DNA from: an uncultured Rikenellaceae bacterium
GTDB taxonomy: Bacteria; Bacteroidota; Bacteroidia; Bacteroidales; VadinHA17
DNA: 64,000 bases
Reading direction: 5' to 3'
NCBI GenBank assembly: GCA_964642615.1
Contig: CAZXSW010000003.1
Location: forward strand, 17,950-81,949
Shown here: positions 1 through 12,146 of the stretch, piece after piece
Layout: every line of letters begins with the position of its first letter
How positions within the stretch are numbered: the first letter of the stretch is position 1
Position numbers and translations under genes: made by a program
Notes under the pieces: model-generated
The model's input: the letters and a program-made list of their open reading frames with translations, nothing else
Databases searched by the model: none
Told to the model about the DNA's origin: nothing

Positions 1-309
1 GCGTTGGATTCATGTCCTCAGAGGAGGGGTGTATGTGTTAGGGTTTATACGACCACACCAAAGAAACCCAACTCAGCTATGAGGAAGGTGGCCAGGATAA
101 GGCTTACTAACCAGAAAGAAGTAAACGCTTATATTCCGGGGGAAGGACACAACCTCCAGGAACACTCCATAGTACTTATCAGGGGTGGCAGGGTTAAGGA
201 TCTGCCGGGCGTACGTTATCATCTTGTACGTGGAGCCCTTGATACCTCGGGTGTTGATGGCCGTACGCAGAGGCGCTCGAAATACGGAGCAAAAAGACCA
301 AAGAAGTAA
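1..309 (+). CDS. rpsL: 30S ribosomal protein S12 (5' end cut by window edge)
   Basis: Translation ...[20 protein letters not shown]...[21 protein letters not shown]... is the conserved C-terminal part of S12. The M at nt 4 in the ORF track is an internal TTG. Followed by rpsG-fusA as in the str operon. Confidence 0.95.
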   Translation, partial: ALDSCPQRRGVCVRVYTTTPKKPNSAMRKVARIRLTNQKEVNAYIPGEGHNLQEHSIVLIRGGRVKDLPGVRYHLVRGALDTSGVDGRTQRRSKYGAKRPKK

Positions 310-329
310 CACTTTAAAGTGACAGGATA

Positions 330-806
330 ATGAGAAAAGCAAAACCAAAGAAGAGGATTCTGTTACCGGATCCCAAGTACAAAGATCCGTATGTAACAAG
401 GTTTGTTAATAATCTTATGTATAGTGGTAAGAAGAATCTTGCTTTTAAGATTTTCTATGACTCTTTAGACATTGTTGGCGACAAGTTCAAGAATGAAGGC
501 AAGAGTCCCCTGGAGATCTTCAAGCAGGCTCTCGACAATATTACTCCCCAGGTAGAGGTTAAGGCCCGCAGGGTTGGTGGTGCAACATTTCAGGTTCCCA
601 TGGAGATCAGGGCCGACAGGAAGGTAAGTATCAGCATGAAGAACATGGTATTGTTTGCCAGAAAGAGGACCGGTCATTCGATGGCAGAGAAACTTGCTTC
701 GGAAGTGATGGCTGCATACAAGCTTGAGGGGGCTGCCTACAAGAAGAAGGAGGATACCCACAGGATGGCTGAAGCCAACAAGGCATTTGCACATTTCAGG
801 TTTTAA
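330..806 (+). CDS. rpsG: 30S ribosomal protein S7
   Basis: 158 aa with the S7-like core ...[20 protein letters not shown]...; sits between rpsL and fusA. Confidence 0.97.
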   Translation: MRKAKPKKRILLPDPKYKDPYVTRFVNNLMYSGKKNLAFKIFYDSLDIVGDKFKNEGKSPLEIFKQALDNITPQVEVKARRVGGATFQVPMEIRADRKVSISMKNMVLFARKRTGHSMAEKLASEVMAAYKLEGAAYKKKEDTHRMAEANKAFAHFRF

Positions 807-837
807 TAATAAGAGCCCAGGAACAACAGAGTAAATA

Positions 838-2940
838 ATGGACAGCAACCTGAAAAATACCAGAAACATTGGGATCATGGCACATATTGATGCCGGAAAG
901 ACCACTACCACCGAACGGATACTGTTCTTTACGGGCCGTACCCACAGGCTGGGAGAGGTCCATGACGGCAATGCGCTGATGGACTGGATGGTTCAGGAAC
1001 AGGAAAGAGGAATCACCATTACCTCAGCTGCCACCACAACATTCTGGAAATTCAGGGGCGATGACTATAAGATAAATATAATAGACACCCCGGGGCATGT
1101 CGATTTTACCGTAGAAGTGGAAAGATCGCTCAGGGTCCTTGACGGTGCCGTTGCTGTTTTCTGTGCTGTCGGCGGGGTAGAACCCCAGTCGGAGACGGTA
1201 TGGAGGCAGGCAAATAAATATCATGTACCCAGACTGGCCTTTATAAACAAGATGGACAGGTCGGGGGCTGACTTTTTCAGTGTGGTTCAGCAGATAAAGG
1301 AAAAACTGGGTGCAAATCCCATTCCCATACATCTGCCGATCGGAGCTGAAGAGAATTTCAGGGGGATGGTCGACCTTCTTTCCATGAAGGCTATCATCTA
1401 CTATGATGATGATAAAACCGTTACCCGACCCGAGATAGAAGATATTCCGCCGGAGTTTCTTGCCGAGGCAGAGGAGCTCAGGGGTAAGATGATCGAATCG
1501 CTTGCCGATGTCGACGATACCCTTCTGGAGAGGTATATGGAGGATCATAATTCCATTACAGAGGATGAGATAAGGACGGCTATAAGGAAGTCGACTGTAC
1601 TTGGACTGGCAATTCCGGTTATATGCGGAAGTGCTTTCAAGAACAAGGGTATTCAGATTCTTCTCGACTCAGTTACATCGTATCTGCCTTCACCTGTTGA
1701 TATTGGGGCTGTAAAAGGCACCGATCCAAGGGACGGCAGTGAGATATTCCGTGAGCCTGATGATGAAGCTCCGTTTGCTGCCCTGGCGTTCAAGATAGCC
1801 ACTGATCCCTTTGTTGGAAGGCTTGTCTTTCTGAGAATTTATTCAGGAGTACTTCATGCCGGGGATACGGTTCTCAACATGCGGACAGGCAAGAGGGAAA
1901 GGATCAACCGCCTGTTCCAGATGCATGCCAACAAGCAGAATCCGAAAGAAAGCATCTCGGCGGGAGACATCTGTGCCGGGGTTGGGTTTAAGGATCTGAA
2001 GACGGGTGACACTCTTTGTGCCATACACAAACCAATTACACTGGAGTCTATGGATTTCCCCGAGCCTGTTATAGGTGTTGCAGTGGAGCCAAAGACCCAG
2101 GCAGATATAGACAAGCTTTCGCTTGCGCTTAGCAAGCTTGCTGAGGAAGATCCCACTTTCCAGGTAAAGACTGATCCCGACAGCGGGCAGACTATAATAA
2201 GCGGTATGGGTGAGTTGCATCTTGAGATACTTGTCGACCGGCTTAGGAGGGAGTTCAAGGTTGAATGCAACCAGGGAGCTCCGCAGGTTGCCTATAAGGA
2301 AGCCCTCACTACAGCAACTGAATTCCGCGAGGTGTTCAAGAAGCAGTCTGGCGGACGTGGTAAATTCGCTGACATCAGTGCCGGGATAATGCCGGCCGAT
2401 GAAGATGTGCACGGGCTTCAGTTTATAAATGAAATCAAAGGAGGAAACATTCCTAAAGAATATATCCCGGCTATCGAGAAGGGATTCCGTGAGGCCATGC
2501 TTAATGGTCCGCTTGCGGGATTTGCTGTCGAGAGCCTCAAGGTGATACTAAGAGACGGTTCGTACCATCCGGTTGACTCGGATGCACTCTCGTTTGAGAT
2601 CGCGGCTAAACAGGCGTTCAGGAAATATGCAGGGAAATGCAATCCTGTTATTCTTGAGCCTATTATGTCGACAGAAGTAGTTACTCCCGAAGAGTATGTC
2701 GGTGATGTAATAAGCGATTTCAACAGACGCAGGGGCAGGGTGGAAGGTATGGAATCGAAAGCAGGTGCAAGGGTTGTAAAAGCAAAAGTACCTCTGGCCG
2801 AGAAGTTCGGTTATGTTACAGTACTAAGAACCCTTACCTCCGGAAGGGCAACTTCAACTATGGAGTTTTCACATTACGAAGAGGTGCCTGCAGAAATAGC
2901 AAACAGAATTGTTGAAGTTACAAAAGGAAAAATTCTTTAA
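838..2940 (+). CDS. fusA: elongation factor G
   Basis: 700 aa; GTPase motifs [23 protein letters not shown] and NKMD; EF-G length and str-operon position. Confidence 0.97.
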   Translation: MDSNLKNTRNIGIMAHIDAGKTTTTERILFFTGRTHRLGEVHDGNALMDWMVQEQERGITITSAATTTFWKFRGDDYKINIIDTPGHVDFTVEVERSLRVLDGAVAVFCAVGGVEPQSETVWRQANKYHVPRLAFINKMDRSGADFFSVVQQIKEKLGANPIPIHLPIGAEENFRGMVDLLSMKAIIYYDDDKTVTRPEIEDIPPEFLAEAEELRGKMIESLADVDDTLLERYMEDHNSITEDEIRTAIRKSTVLGLAIPVICGSAFKNKGIQILLDSVTSYLPSPVDIGAVKGTDPRDGSEIFREPDDEAPFAALAFKIATDPFVGRLVFLRIYSGVLHAGDTVLNMRTGKRERINRLFQMHANKQNPKESISAGDICAGVGFKDLKTGDTLCAIHKPITLESMDFPEPVIGVAVEPKTQADIDKLSLALSKLAEEDPTFQVKTDPDSGQTIISGMGELHLEILVDRLRREFKVECNQGAPQVAYKEALTTATEFREVFKKQSGGRGKFADISAGIMPADEDVHGLQFINEIKGGNIPKEYIPAIEKGFREAMLNGPLAGFAVESLKVILRDGSYHPVDSDALSFEIAAKQAFRKYAGKCNPVILEPIMSTEVVTPEEYVGDVISDFNRRRGRVEGMESKAGARVVKAKVPLAEKFGYVTVLRTLTSGRATSTMEFSHYEEVPAEIANRIVEVTKGKIL

Positions 2941-2943
2941 AAG

Positions 2944-3249
2944 ATGAGTCAGAAAATTCGCATTAAACTGAAATCGTACGATCACAACCTTGTGGACAAG
3001 TCCGCAGAAAAGATTGTGAAAACAGTGAAATCGACGGGTGCTGTTGTCAGCGGTCCTATACCGCTTCCTACGCACAAAAAGATTTATACCGTTCTTCGTT
3101 CCCCGTTTGTCAATAAAAAGGCAAGAGAGCAGTTTCAGCTTTCTTCATACAAGCGGTTGCTCGACATCTACAGCTCGACTCCAAAGACAATCGATGCACT
3201 GATGAAACTTGAGCTTCCAAGCGGAGTAGAAGTAGAAATAAAAGTTTGA
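2944..3249 (+). CDS. rpsJ: 30S ribosomal protein S10
   Basis: 101 aa, [14 protein letters not shown]... is typical of S10; heads the S10 block directly after fusA. Confidence 0.97.
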   Translation: MSQKIRIKLKSYDHNLVDKSAEKIVKTVKSTGAVVSGPIPLPTHKKIYTVLRSPFVNKKAREQFQLSSYKRLLDIYSSTPKTIDALMKLELPSGVEVEIKV

Positions 3250-3270
3250 AACCAGTAAAGTTATCAAGAC

Positions 3271-3894
3271 ATGCAGGGATTAATAGGTAAAAAGGTTGGA
3301 ATGACGTCCGTATTTGATGAAAACGGAAAGAATATTCCTTGTACGGTACTGCAGGCAGGTCCATGTGTAGTTACCCAGATAAAGACAAAGGAAAGGGACG
3401 GCTACTTTGCTGTACAGTTTGGTTTCGATGAGAAAAAGGAAAAGCATACTACAAAGGCTGAACTTGGCCATTTTAATAAGGTAAACACCACGCCCAAAAG
3501 GAAGCTTGTTGAGTTCCCGGGTTTTGAAGAGGGCCGTTTCAGTGAAGGCGAGGTGGTGACTGTCGACAGCGTTTTCGGCTCTGATGAATGGGTTGATGTA
3601 AGGGGCTGGTCGAAAGGAAAGGGATTCCAGGGTGTTGTAAAGCGTCACGGCTTCGCAGGTGTTGGCGGACAGACCCATGGACAGCACAACAGGGGCAGGG
3701 CACCAGGTTCGCTTGGAGCTTCTTCGTTCCCTTCAAGGGTGTTGCCCGGTATGAGGATGGCAGGAAGGATGGGAGGTAACCAGGTTATTTCCGAGAGTAT
3801 GAGAGTAATCAGGCTGATGCCCGAGAATAATATTTTAATAGTGAAAGGATCCGTACCGGGTCCCAGAGGTGGTTACGTAATAATTACAAAGTGA
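3271..3894 (+). CDS. rplC: 50S ribosomal protein L3
   Basis: 207 aa, ...[19 protein letters not shown]... L3 motif; operon order. Confidence 0.97.
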   Translation: MQGLIGKKVGMTSVFDENGKNIPCTVLQAGPCVVTQIKTKERDGYFAVQFGFDEKKEKHTTKAELGHFNKVNTTPKRKLVEFPGFEEGRFSEGEVVTVDSVFGSDEWVDVRGWSKGKGFQGVVKRHGFAGVGGQTHGQHNRGRAPGSLGASSFPSRVLPGMRMAGRMGGNQVISESMRVIRLMPENNILIVKGSVPGPRGGYVIITK

Positions 3895-4523
3895 TGGAAT
3901 TATCTGTTCTGAATATTGATGGTAAAGAGACCGGAAGGAAAGTCAATCTCAATGATTCGGTCTTCGGCATTGAACCCAACGACCATGCCATTTATCTGGA
4001 TACAAAGCAGTACCTGGCGAATCAGAGGCAGGGTACTCATAAAGCCAAGGAACGTGGTGAGGTGTCAGGAAGCACCAGAAAGATCAAGCGTCAGAAGGGA
4101 ACCGGTACAGCACGCGCCGGCAGTATAAAGAGCCCTCTCTTCAGGGGTGGTGGTCGTATCTTTGGACCAAGACCAAGGTTTTATGGCTTCAAGCTTAACA
4201 AGAAGGTTAAGGAACTTGCAAGAAAATCAGCACTTTCCTATAAAGCTTCATCCAATAGTATTATTGTTCTGGAAGATTTCTCCCTGGAGACTCCTAAAAC
4301 AAAGGAGATGATAAGAATGGGAGGCAATCTGAATATAGCGAATAAAAAATTGCTTTTTGTTTTATCGGAACAAAATAATAATATATATTTGTCATCCCGA
4401 AATGTACAAGGGCTGGATGTTGTAACTGCTGGAGAATTAAGCACTTACAAAATTATGAAAGCTTCAACCCTGATCCTTGTCGAGAGTGCAGTTGACGTTT
4501 TGCAGGCAGCTTTTGAAAATTAG
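3894..4523 (+). CDS. rplD: 50S ribosomal protein L4
   Basis: ...[26 protein letters not shown]... is L4-like. The ATG at 3894 overlaps the rplC stop (TGATG); the GTG at 3891 used by the ORF track is an alternative start. Confidence 0.93.
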   Translation: MELSVLNIDGKETGRKVNLNDSVFGIEPNDHAIYLDTKQYLANQRQGTHKAKERGEVSGSTRKIKRQKGTGTARAGSIKSPLFRGGGRIFGPRPRFYGFKLNKKVKELARKSALSYKASSNSIIVLEDFSLETPKTKEMIRMGGNLNIANKKLLFVLSEQNNNIYLSSRNVQGLDVVTAGELSTYKIMKASTLILVESAVDVLQAAFEN

Positions 4524-4536
4524 AAAATTTAAAGTG

Positions 4537-4827
4537 ATGAATATTTTGCTTAAACCAATAGTGACGGAAAAAATGACAAGCCAGGGCGACAAGTTCAACC
4601 GCTATGGTTTTGTTGTTACCAGAAATGCAAATAAACTGCAGATTAAGAAAGCGGTTGAAGAGCTCTATGGTGTAACCGTTGAGTCGGTCAATACGTTACG
4701 TTACGGAGGTAAGGTTAAGACCCGTAATACCAAGTCGGGCGTCCTGGTAGGAAAAACCGCAGCCACCAAGAGAGCGGTGGTTACCCTGGCAGAAGGTAAC
4801 AAGATAGATTTTTACAGCAATATTTAA
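4537..4827 (+). CDS. rplW: 50S ribosomal protein L23
   Basis: ATG at 4537 gives [13 protein letters not shown]..., a typical L23 N-terminus (96 aa). The ORF-track start at 4477 lies inside rplD. Confidence 0.93.
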   Translation: MNILLKPIVTEKMTSQGDKFNRYGFVVTRNANKLQIKKAVEELYGVTVESVNTLRYGGKVKTRNTKSGVLVGKTAATKRAVVTLAEGNKIDFYSNI

Positions 4828-4835
4828 GAACCTAT

Positions 4836-5660
4836 ATGGCAGTCAGAAAGATCAAACCTGTAACACCAGGTCAGAGACACAAGATCATCAGCGCTTTTGA
4901 TACGATCACAAGTGCTGTGCCGGAGAAATCCCTTCTCAGACCGCTGAGTAAATCAGGAGGAAGGAATGTTAACGGCAAAAGGACTATGAGGTACATCGGC
5001 GGCGGTCACAAGAAGATGTACAGGGTAATCGATTTCCTCAGGGAAAAAGACGGCATGAATGCTACTGTCAAGACAATTGAATATGATCCCAACAGGTCAT
5101 CGAGGATTGCGCTTGTAGTTTACGAAGACGGAGAGAAGAGATACATTATTGCGCCTGCCGGACTGCAGGTGGGGCAGAAGGTTCTGTCGGGAAAGGAGGC
5201 AGCTCCTGAGATCGGCAATGCTTTGTTCCTTAGTGATATTCCTCTTGGAACCATTGTTCACAACATTGAGCTCAAGCCTGGAAAAGGTGCAGCCATGGCA
5301 CGCAGTGCCGGTACTTATGCACAGTTGTCGGCAAGGGAAGGTAAATATGCCACCATCAAGCTTCCTTCGGGAGAGACAAGGCTGGTGCTTACCTCCTGCA
5401 GGGCTACAATTGGAACTGTATCCAATGGTGATCACAACCTTGAGAGATCTGGTAAAGCCGGACGTTCAAGGTGGCAGGGCCGCAGGCCAAGGGTCAGGGG
5501 TGTTGTTATGAACCCGGTTGATCACCCGATGGGTGGTGGTGAAGGAAGAGCTTCAGGAGGTCATCCAAGATCAAGGAAAGGTCTTCCGGCCAAGGGATAT
5601 AAGACCCGTGACAAGAAGAAATACTCCGCTAAACTGATTGTTGAAAGAAGGAAAAAATAA
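4836..5660 (+). CDS. rplB: 50S ribosomal protein L2
   Basis: 274 aa; ...[13 protein letters not shown]... and ...[13 protein letters not shown]... L2 motifs. Confidence 0.97.
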   Translation: MAVRKIKPVTPGQRHKIISAFDTITSAVPEKSLLRPLSKSGGRNVNGKRTMRYIGGGHKKMYRVIDFLREKDGMNATVKTIEYDPNRSSRIALVVYEDGEKRYIIAPAGLQVGQKVLSGKEAAPEIGNALFLSDIPLGTIVHNIELKPGKGAAMARSAGTYAQLSAREGKYATIKLPSGETRLVLTSCRATIGTVSNGDHNLERSGKAGRSRWQGRRPRVRGVVMNPVDHPMGGGEGRASGGHPRSRKGLPAKGYKTRDKKKYSAKLIVERRKK

Positions 5661-5670
5661 CTGATATATC

Positions 5671-5934
5671 ATGAGTAGATCAATTAAAAAAGGCCCTTTC
5701 ATTGAATTCAAGCTTGAGAAGAGAGTTCTTGGGATGAACGAGGGACAAAAGAAATCAGTGCTCAAAACATGGTCGAGAAGATCGGTTATATCGCCTGACT
5801 TTGTAGGACATACAATAGCAGTTCACAACGGGAACAAATTTATCCCCGTATACATTACCGAGAACATGGTAGGTCATAAACTCGGAGAGTTTGCACCTAC
5901 ACGTACCTTCAGAGGTCATTCCGGCAATAAGTAA
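5671..5934 (+). CDS. rpsS: 30S ribosomal protein S19
   Basis: 87 aa; ...[33 protein letters not shown]... Confidence 0.97.
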   Translation: MSRSIKKGPFIEFKLEKRVLGMNEGQKKSVLKTWSRRSVISPDFVGHTIAVHNGNKFIPVYITENMVGHKLGEFAPTRTFRGHSGNK

Positions 5935-5964
5935 TCTGTAATGTAAACGGAAAAATTTTTACAC

Positions 5965-6384
5965 ATGGGTGCAAGAAAAAGAAATACAGCAGAACAGAGA
6001 AAAGAGGCTGCAAAGAAACGTTACAGTGCAGTACTCAGAAACTGTCCCACATCACCGCGCAAGATGAGACTTGTTACCGGTATGATCAGCGGAAAAGAAA
6101 TAAATAAGGCGCTTGATATCCTGCGGTTCAGTCCCCAGGAGGCATCACGCAAGGTGGAGAAGCTTCTCCTGTCGGCCATTGCCAACTGGCAGTCGAAGAA
6201 TGAGGGTGTCAGGGTTGAAGACAGCAGCCTTTATATTAAAGAGGTTAGCGTTGACGGAGGCCGTGTACTTAAAAGACTTCAGACAGCTCCCCAGGGGAGG
6301 GCTCACAGGATCAAAAAAAGATCGAACCATGTGACGCTGGTTCTTGACAGTATGAAAAAGGAAGTTGAAAATTCATCAAACTAA
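5965..6384 (+). CDS. rplV: 50S ribosomal protein L22
   Basis: 139 aa, basic; sits between rpsS and rpsC; ...RKMRLV...I.GK....AL.IL.F... pattern of L22. Confidence 0.95.
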   Translation: MGARKRNTAEQRKEAAKKRYSAVLRNCPTSPRKMRLVTGMISGKEINKALDILRFSPQEASRKVEKLLLSAIANWQSKNEGVRVEDSSLYIKEVSVDGGRVLKRLQTAPQGRAHRIKKRSNHVTLVLDSMKKEVENSSN

Positions 6385-6389
6385 ATTAG

Positions 6390-7088
6390 ATGGGACAGAA
6401 AGTAAATCCGATAGGTAACAGATTAGGTATAATCAAAGGTTGGGATTCGAACTGGTTCGGGGGCAAGGATTTCTCGAGCAAACTGGTTGAAGATACCAAA
6501 ATAAGGGAGTATCTGAATGCCAGGCTTGCAAAGGCCAGCATCTCAAAGATTGTTATCGAGAGAACTCTGAAGCTCATTACAGTAACTGTCAATACAGCGC
6601 GTCCGGGTATTATTATCGGGAAAGGTGGCCAGGAAGTTGACAAGCTCAAGGAAGAGCTCAAGAAGATTACAAAGAAAGAAGTTCAGATAAACATTTTTGA
6701 AGTAAAAAGACCTGAACTGGATGCAAATATTGTTGCCAATAATATAGCCCGTCAGCTTGAAGGAAAAATCTCGTACAGAAGAGCCATCAAGATGTCGATA
6801 GCCTCAACCATGAGGATGGGATCGGAAGGGATAAAGGTTCTTATTTCCGGCCGTCTTGGTGGTGCCGAGATGGCAAGAAGCGAGACCTACAAGGAAGGAC
6901 GTATTCCTCTTCATACTCTCAGGGCCGATATTGACTATGCTCTTGCCGAAGCCCATACCAAAGTTGGTCTGATTGGTATCAAGGTATGGATCTGCAATGG
7001 TGAAGTATATGGAAAGAGAGATCTCAGTCCTAACATCGGTGCAAGGAATGCCAAAAACAAAAGCCTTAAGAGGAAGGCAAAGAAATAA
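6390..7088 (+). CDS. rpsC: 30S ribosomal protein S3
   Basis: 232 aa; [14 protein letters not shown]... N-terminus, KH-like region and ...[11 protein letters not shown]... Confidence 0.97.
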   Translation: MGQKVNPIGNRLGIIKGWDSNWFGGKDFSSKLVEDTKIREYLNARLAKASISKIVIERTLKLITVTVNTARPGIIIGKGGQEVDKLKEELKKITKKEVQINIFEVKRPELDANIVANNIARQLEGKISYRRAIKMSIASTMRMGSEGIKVLISGRLGGAEMARSETYKEGRIPLHTLRADIDYALAEAHTKVGLIGIKVWICNGEVYGKRDLSPNIGARNAKNKSLKRKAKK

Positions 7089-7123
7089 GACTTAGTAGAA
7101 AACTATATAACATTATTTGAGCC

Positions 7124-7546
7124 ATGTTACAACCGAAAAGGACCAAGTACAGAAGAGCCCAGAAGGGAAGGATGAAAGGCAATGCACAGAGAGGCAACCA
7201 GCTTGCATTCGGATCTTTTGGTATCAAAGCACTTGAGGAGACCTGGATTACAGGAAGGCAGATAGAGGCAGCCCGTCAGGCTGTCACACGTCATATGAAA
7301 CGTGAAGGCCAGTTATGGATCAGGGTTTTTCCCGATAAACCAATAACAAAGAAGCCTGCCGAAGTACGAATGGGTAAAGGAAAAGGTGCTCCTGAAGGAT
7401 TTGTTGTACCAGTTACTCCCGGACGTATCCTTATTGAAGCCGAAGGTGTGCCTTTTGAAGTGGCAAAAGAAGCTCTGAGGCTTGGTGCACAGAAGCTTCC
7501 GATAACAACAAAGTTTGTTGTAAGACGCGATTACGTACAGGAATAA
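7124..7546 (+). CDS. rplP: 50S ribosomal protein L16
   Basis: 140 aa; [19 protein letters not shown]... canonical L16 start. Confidence 0.97.
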   Translation: MLQPKRTKYRRAQKGRMKGNAQRGNQLAFGSFGIKALEETWITGRQIEAARQAVTRHMKREGQLWIRVFPDKPITKKPAEVRMGKGKGAPEGFVVPVTPGRILIEAEGVPFEVAKEALRLGAQKLPITTKFVVRRDYVQE

Positions 7547-7559
7547 AAATTTGACAAAG

Positions 7560-7766
7560 ATGAAAACTTCAGAAATAAGGGAATTAAGTACACCTGATCT
7601 GCTCGAACGTATCGATACCGAACAGTCCATGATTGTCAGACTGAAGCTTAATCATGCGATTAACCCTCTTGATAATCCGCAGAAGCTAAAACACTCTAAG
7701 ACAGTTATAGCTCGTCTGCTTACTGAACTGCGCAGCAGGGAGTTGAATAAGAAATCAAATAGCTAG
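7560..7766 (+). CDS. rpmC: 50S ribosomal protein L29
   Basis: ATG at 7560 ([10 protein letters not shown]...), 68 aa. The TTG at 7551 in the ORF track is a less likely start. Operon order. Confidence 0.9.
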   Translation: MKTSEIRELSTPDLLERIDTEQSMIVRLKLNHAINPLDNPQKLKHSKTVIARLLTELRSRELNKKSNS

Positions 7767-7773
7767 ATCACCA

Positions 7774-8028
7774 ATGGAAAGGAATCTCAGAAAAGAACGT
7801 GTTGGTATCGTTGTCAGTAATAAAATGGACAAATCCATCACAGTTGCCGTGAAAGGTAAAATCAAACATCCCATTTACGGGAAGTTCATTAATAAAACAA
7901 AGAAGCTGATGGCGCACGATGAAGAAAATTCATGCAATGTCGGCGATACCGTACGTATATCTGAAACCAGGCCGCTTAGCAAAAACAAAGCCTGGAGGTT
8001 AGTTGAAATCATTGAAAGAGCCAAGTAA
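7774..8028 (+). CDS. rpsQ: 30S ribosomal protein S17
   Basis: 84 aa; ...[16 protein letters not shown]...HP.YGK... S17 pattern. Confidence 0.95.
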   Translation: MERNLRKERVGIVVSNKMDKSITVAVKGKIKHPIYGKFINKTKKLMAHDEENSCNVGDTVRISETRPLSKNKAWRLVEIIERAK

Positions 8029-8030
8029 TT

Positions 8031-8396
8031 ATGATACAGCAGGAGACCAGATTGACAGTAGCCGATAACTCAGGTGCAAAAGAAGTTCTGTGCATCCGTG
8101 TTCTTGGTGGCAGCAAAAAGAGATATGCCACTGTCGGTGACAGAATAGTTGTAAGTGTTAAAAGTGCACTTCCATCGGGTGACGCTAAAAAAGGAACTGT
8201 TAGCAAAGCAGTTGTTGTAAGAACTAAAAAGGAGATCCGTCGTCAGGACGGTTCATACATACGTTTCGACGACAATGCAGTTGTTTTACTTAACAACCTT
8301 AATGAAGTGCGTGGTACACGTATCTTCGGCCCCGTTGCCAGGGAACTACGTGATAAGTATATGAAGATCGTTTCACTGGCACCCGAAGTGTTATAA
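8031..8396 (+). CDS. rplN: 50S ribosomal protein L14
   Basis: 121 aa; [18 protein letters not shown]... canonical L14. Confidence 0.97.
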   Translation: MIQQETRLTVADNSGAKEVLCIRVLGGSKKRYATVGDRIVVSVKSALPSGDAKKGTVSKAVVVRTKKEIRRQDGSYIRFDDNAVVLLNNLNEVRGTRIFGPVARELRDKYMKIVSLAPEVL

Positions 8397-8412
8397 TGTT
8401 AATACAAACACA

Positions 8413-8736
8413 ATGCAGAAGAAAGTACATATAAAGAAGGGAGACACAGTTATGGTTATAGCTGGTGAATCCAAAGGTCAGAAAGGACGGGTCCTTGAGG
8501 TCGACAGGGCTAAGGACAGGGCTATTGTTGAAGGTGTTAACCTGGTATCGAAGCATACAAAACCCAATTCAAAATCACCGCAGGGCGGGATTCTGAAAAA
8601 AGAGGCCCCGGTACATATCTCCAACCTTATGCTTCTTGACCCCGCATCGGGAAAACCGACACGCATAGGCAGGAGACTCAATGATAAAGATAAATTAGTT
8701 CGTTATTCAAAAAAATCAGGAGAGGAGATCAAGTGA
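8413..8736 (+). CDS. rplX: 50S ribosomal protein L24
   Basis: 107 aa; ...[23 protein letters not shown]... KOW motif of L24. Confidence 0.95.
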   Translation: MQKKVHIKKGDTVMVIAGESKGQKGRVLEVDRAKDRAIVEGVNLVSKHTKPNSKSPQGGILKKEAPVHISNLMLLDPASGKPTRIGRRLNDKDKLVRYSKKSGEEIK

Positions 8737-9287
8737 TGTATACACCTGTGTTAAAAACGAAGTATAAAGACGAGATCGTCCCTGCATTATTTAAAGAGTT
8801 CGGTTATAAAACCGTTATGCAGGTGCCCAAGCTGGAGAAAATTGTTATCAGCCAGGGTGTGGGTCAGGCCATTGCCGACAAAAAACTGCTTGAGTTCGGA
8901 CTTAAGGAGGTATCAGATATTGCAGGACAGAAAGCTGTTCAGACATACTCAACCAAGGACATTTCAAACTTCAAGCTGAGGAAAAACATGCCCATCGGGA
9001 TTATGGTTACTCTCCGTAAGGAAAAGATGTATGAGTTTCTCGAAAGACTTATCTCGGTTGCTCTGCCCAGGATCCGCGACTTCAAGGGAATAAACTCCAA
9101 GCTTGACGGACGAGGCAATTATACTCTGGGAATAACCGAGCAGATCATATTCCCCGAGATAGACCTTGATAAAGTTGCCAAAATCATGGGTCTACAGATC
9201 ACTTTTGTCACCTCAGCTGAAAGAGATGAGGAAGCAATGGCACTGCTTAAACACTTTGGTTTACCTTTTAAAAACACTAAAAATTAA
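8736..9287 (+). CDS. rplE: 50S ribosomal protein L5
   Basis: ATG at 8736 overlaps the rplX stop (GTGATG; GTG 8733 is an alternative). ...PRIRDFKGI....[17 protein letters not shown]... L5 motif. Confidence 0.95.
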   Translation: MYTPVLKTKYKDEIVPALFKEFGYKTVMQVPKLEKIVISQGVGQAIADKKLLEFGLKEVSDIAGQKAVQTYSTKDISNFKLRKNMPIGIMVTLRKEKMYEFLERLISVALPRIRDFKGINSKLDGRGNYTLGITEQIIFPEIDLDKVAKIMGLQITFVTSAERDEEAMALLKHFGLPFKNTKN

Positions 9288-9292
9288 TCAGT

Positions 9293-9562
9293 ATGGCTAA
9301 GGAATCGATGATAGCCCGCGAAGTAAAACGCGCAAAACTGGCTGAAAAATATGCCGCCAAACGTGCAAAACTGAAAGCTGAAGGAGATTATATCGGACTG
9401 AGCCGCCTGCCCAGGAACTCAAATCCAAACAGGCAGAAAAACCGCTGCAAAATCACAGGAAGAGCAAGGGGTTATATGAGACAGTTCGGGATTAGCAGGA
9501 TTACTTTCAGGGAGATGGCATCATACGGTCTTATTCCGGGAGTGAAAAAAGCCAGTTGGTAA
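9293..9562 (+). CDS. rpsN: 30S ribosomal protein S14 (long form)
   Basis: 89 aa, ends ...[23 protein letters not shown]; spc-operon position. Confidence 0.95.
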   Translation: MAKESMIAREVKRAKLAEKYAAKRAKLKAEGDYIGLSRLPRNSNPNRQKNRCKITGRARGYMRQFGISRITFREMASYGLIPGVKKASW

Positions 9563-9603
9563 TAATTAATTGAATATAAACTACTATAATTTACAATAAT
9601 AAG

Positions 9604-10002
9604 ATGACTGATCCAATTGCTGATTTGCTGACCAGAATAAGGAATGCCATAATGGCTGGTCATAAGGTTGTGGAGGCACCAGCATCCAATCTTAAGAAGG
9701 AAATTGCCAGGGTCCTGTTTGAAAAAGGATATATCCTTAGCTATAAGGTGGTTGAAGGTGATAACCCACAGGGTGTACTGAAGATAGCTCTCAAGTACAA
9801 CCCCAAAAGCAAGCAGCCTGCAATAAAAAGAATAATGAGGGTGAGCCGTCCCGGCTTAAGAAAATACACCGGAACCGAGGAAATGCCCAGAGTTCTTAAC
9901 GGACTGGGAATAGCTATTATTTCTACCTCGAAAGGACTAATGACCGACAAAGAGGCGAGAAAAGAGAAAATAGGTGGTGAGGTATTGTGTTACGTATATT
10001 AA
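9604..10002 (+). CDS. rpsH: 30S ribosomal protein S8
   Basis: 132 aa; MTDPIADLLTRIRNA... canonical S8 start. Confidence 0.97.
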   Translation: MTDPIADLLTRIRNAIMAGHKVVEAPASNLKKEIARVLFEKGYILSYKVVEGDNPQGVLKIALKYNPKSKQPAIKRIMRVSRPGLRKYTGTEEMPRVLNGLGIAIISTSKGLMTDKEARKEKIGGEVLCYVY

Positions 10003-10017
10003 TAGGAGGTAAGCTTA

Positions 10018-10572
10018 ATGTCACGAATAGGAAAATTACCTGTAAACCTGCCAGAGGGAGTCACTATAAGTATCAGTGATTCCAATGTGGTCAGTGTTAA
10101 AGGACCTTTGGGTGAGTTGGAACAGAAAATTGACAAAGACCTGAAGGTGGAAGTGGTCGACAATACTATTGTTTTGTCAAGACCGTCGGAATCGAAGAAT
10201 CATAAGTCTCTCCATGGACTCTACAGGGCACTGATAGCCAATATGGTTACCGGTGTTTCGCAGGGCTTCAGAAAACAACTTGAACTTGTAGGAGTAGGAT
10301 ACAGGGCCGAAGCCAAAGGGCAGCAGCTTGAAATGAGCCTGGGATTTTCCCATGAGATCATACTGGAGCTTCCCGAAGAAGTAAAGATAGAGACCAAAAC
10401 AGAAAGAAGAAGCAATCCTGTCATTACCCTTACAAGTATTGACAAACAGCTTATCGGACATGTGGCTGCAAAGATCAGATCACTCCGTCCGCCTGAACCT
10501 TATAAGGGGAAAGGAATCAAATTCGTAGGAGAACAGCTTAGAAGAAAGGCTGGAAAATCTGCTAGTGTTTAA
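10018..10572 (+). CDS. rplF: 50S ribosomal protein L6
   Basis: 184 aa; MSRIGKLPV..PEGV... and ...PEPYKGKGI.. L6 motifs. Confidence 0.97.
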   Translation: MSRIGKLPVNLPEGVTISISDSNVVSVKGPLGELEQKIDKDLKVEVVDNTIVLSRPSESKNHKSLHGLYRALIANMVTGVSQGFRKQLELVGVGYRAEAKGQQLEMSLGFSHEIILELPEEVKIETKTERRSNPVITLTSIDKQLIGHVAAKIRSLRPPEPYKGKGIKFVGEQLRRKAGKSASV

Positions 10573-10592
10573 TCTGGTAAAAGTTTAAAAAG

Positions 10593-10952
10593 ATGGCCTT
10601 AACCAAGTTGGAAAGAAGATCAAGGATCAGGATGAGGATCCGGAAAAAAATAAGCGGTTCGACAGAAAAACCGCGCCTTGCTGTGTTCCGCAGCAATAAA
10701 CAGATTTATGTCCAGGTAATTGACGACCTGAACAGGGTGACTCTATTGTCGGCCAGCTCGAAAGAGAAGGAATTTACCGGCAAGGAAGGCATCACGAAGA
10801 CTGAACAGGCTAAGCTTGTTGGACAGGCTCTTGCTGCCAGATGTAAGGAAAAAGGTATTGAAGATGTCGTATTCGACAGAAGCGGTTATAAATATCACGG
10901 AAGGGTTAAATCATTGGCTGATGCGGCTCGCGAAGGAGGATTAAAATTCTAA
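10593..10952 (+). CDS. rplR: 50S ribosomal protein L18
   Basis: 119 aa; ...[19 protein letters not shown]... and C-terminal ...[18 protein letters not shown]. Confidence 0.95.
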   Translation: MALTKLERRSRIRMRIRKKISGSTEKPRLAVFRSNKQIYVQVIDDLNRVTLLSASSKEKEFTGKEGITKTEQAKLVGQALAARCKEKGIEDVVFDRSGYKYHGRVKSLADAAREGGLKF

Positions 10953-10958
10953 TCAATT

Positions 10959-11474
10959 ATGGCAAACGGTATAAGAAAAGTAAAAACCAGCGACCTGGAA
11001 TTAAAGGACAGACTTGTCAGCATCCAGAGGGTTACAAAAGTTACCAAAGGTGGTCGTACATTCAGCTTCTCGGCAATTGTTGTCGTGGGAAATGAGGATG
11101 GTATTGTCGGCCACGGACTTGGTAAGGCAAGTGAGGTGACCACAGCTATTGCAAAAGGTATTGAGGATGCTAAGAAAAACCTTATTAAGGTGCCGGTTAT
11201 AAACGGAACCATACCTCACGAACAGATTGCAAAATTCGGTGGGGCCAGGGTGTTCATAAAGCCAGCTTCTGACGGTACAGGTGTAAAGGCCGGAGGTGCC
11301 ATGCGCGCCGTTCTTGAAAGCGTAGGCGTTAAGAATGTGCTTGCCAAATCAAAGGGCTCTTCAAACCCTCATAACCTGGTGAAAGCCACGATGGCTGCCC
11401 TCCTCGAGGTTCGTGATGCATACACCGTAGCTGAGCACAGGGGTGTTTCGATGGATAAAGTCTTTAACGGTTAG
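10959..11474 (+). CDS. rpsE: 30S ribosomal protein S5
   Basis: 171 aa; ...[31 protein letters not shown]... S5 core. Confidence 0.97.
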   Translation: MANGIRKVKTSDLELKDRLVSIQRVTKVTKGGRTFSFSAIVVVGNEDGIVGHGLGKASEVTTAIAKGIEDAKKNLIKVPVINGTIPHEQIAKFGGARVFIKPASDGTGVKAGGAMRAVLESVGVKNVLAKSKGSSNPHNLVKATMAALLEVRDAYTVAEHRGVSMDKVFNG

Positions 11475-11488
11475 AAAACTACATTACG

Positions 11489-11668
11489 ATGGCAAAGATT
11501 CGTGTAACCCAGGTAAAAAGCAAAAACGGAAAACCCGAGAGACAGAAAAGAACTCTTGAAGCATTGGGAATCCATAAATTAAATCATAGTGTTGAACATG
11601 AGGCAACACCTGCCATCCTGGGAATGGTGGAAAAAGTAAGACACCTTGTTAAGGTTGAGAATATTTAA
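11489..11668 (+). CDS. rpmD: 50S ribosomal protein L30
   Basis: Absent from the ORF track (59 aa). Hand translation from ATG 11489: MAKIRVTQVKSKNGKPERQKRTLEALGIHKLNHSVEHEATPAILGMVEKVRHLVKVENI, stop 11666-11668. Lies between rpsE and rplO as expected. Confidence 0.9.
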   Translation: MAKIRVTQVKSKNGKPERQKRTLEALGIHKLNHSVEHEATPAILGMVEKVRHLVKVENI

Positions 11669-11695
11669 GGTATTAACAGTATTATAAGTAAAGTT

Positions 11696-12142
11696 ATGGA
11701 TTTGAGTAACTTAAGACCTGCTAAAGGATCGGTAAAGAAAAGCAAGCGCGTTGGCCGCGGACAGGGTTCCGGTAGGGGAGGAACTTCCACCAGGGGCCAT
11801 AAAGGTGCCAAACAGAGGTCAGGTTATAGCAAGAAGATAGGCTTTGAAGGAGGCCAGATGCCCCTCCAGAGACGTGTGCCGAAATATGGTTTCAAGAATG
11901 TAAACCGCAGGGAATACAAGGGGATCAACCTGAGTACACTGCAGGATCTTGCTGAAAAAAATAATCTTGAAATGATTGACTTTGAGGTTCTCAGGGTTGC
12001 CGGACTTGTTTCAAAAAATGCTCTTGTAAAGATTCTTGCAAAGGGTACCCTCGAAAGAAAAATCGAGGTGCATGCCCATGCATTCAGCAAAGCAGCAGTT
12101 GAAGCAATTGAAGCCCGGATGGGAACTGTCGTAAAAATTTAA
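11696..12142 (+). CDS. rplO: 50S ribosomal protein L15
   Basis: 148 aa; ...RVGRGQGSGRGGTSTRGHKG... glycine-rich L15 N-terminus. Confidence 0.95.
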   Translation: MDLSNLRPAKGSVKKSKRVGRGQGSGRGGTSTRGHKGAKQRSGYSKKIGFEGGQMPLQRRVPKYGFKNVNRREYKGINLSTLQDLAEKNNLEMIDFEVLRVAGLVSKNALVKILAKGTLERKIEVHAHAFSKAAVEAIEARMGTVVKI

Positions 12143-12146
12143 GTTC

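Noticed and set aside
465-2723. Long antisense ORFs opposite rpsG/fusA (465-971, 1024-1548, 1843-2412, 1854-2270, 2418-2723, all minus strand). Similar shadow ORFs lie opposite secY, the histidine kinase, gldE, dsbD and others.
   Set aside because: They lie entirely inside strongly supported conserved genes on the other strand. They have odd composition (Ser/Leu/Pro/Cys-rich) and no recognisable motifs. They are typical shadow ORFs.
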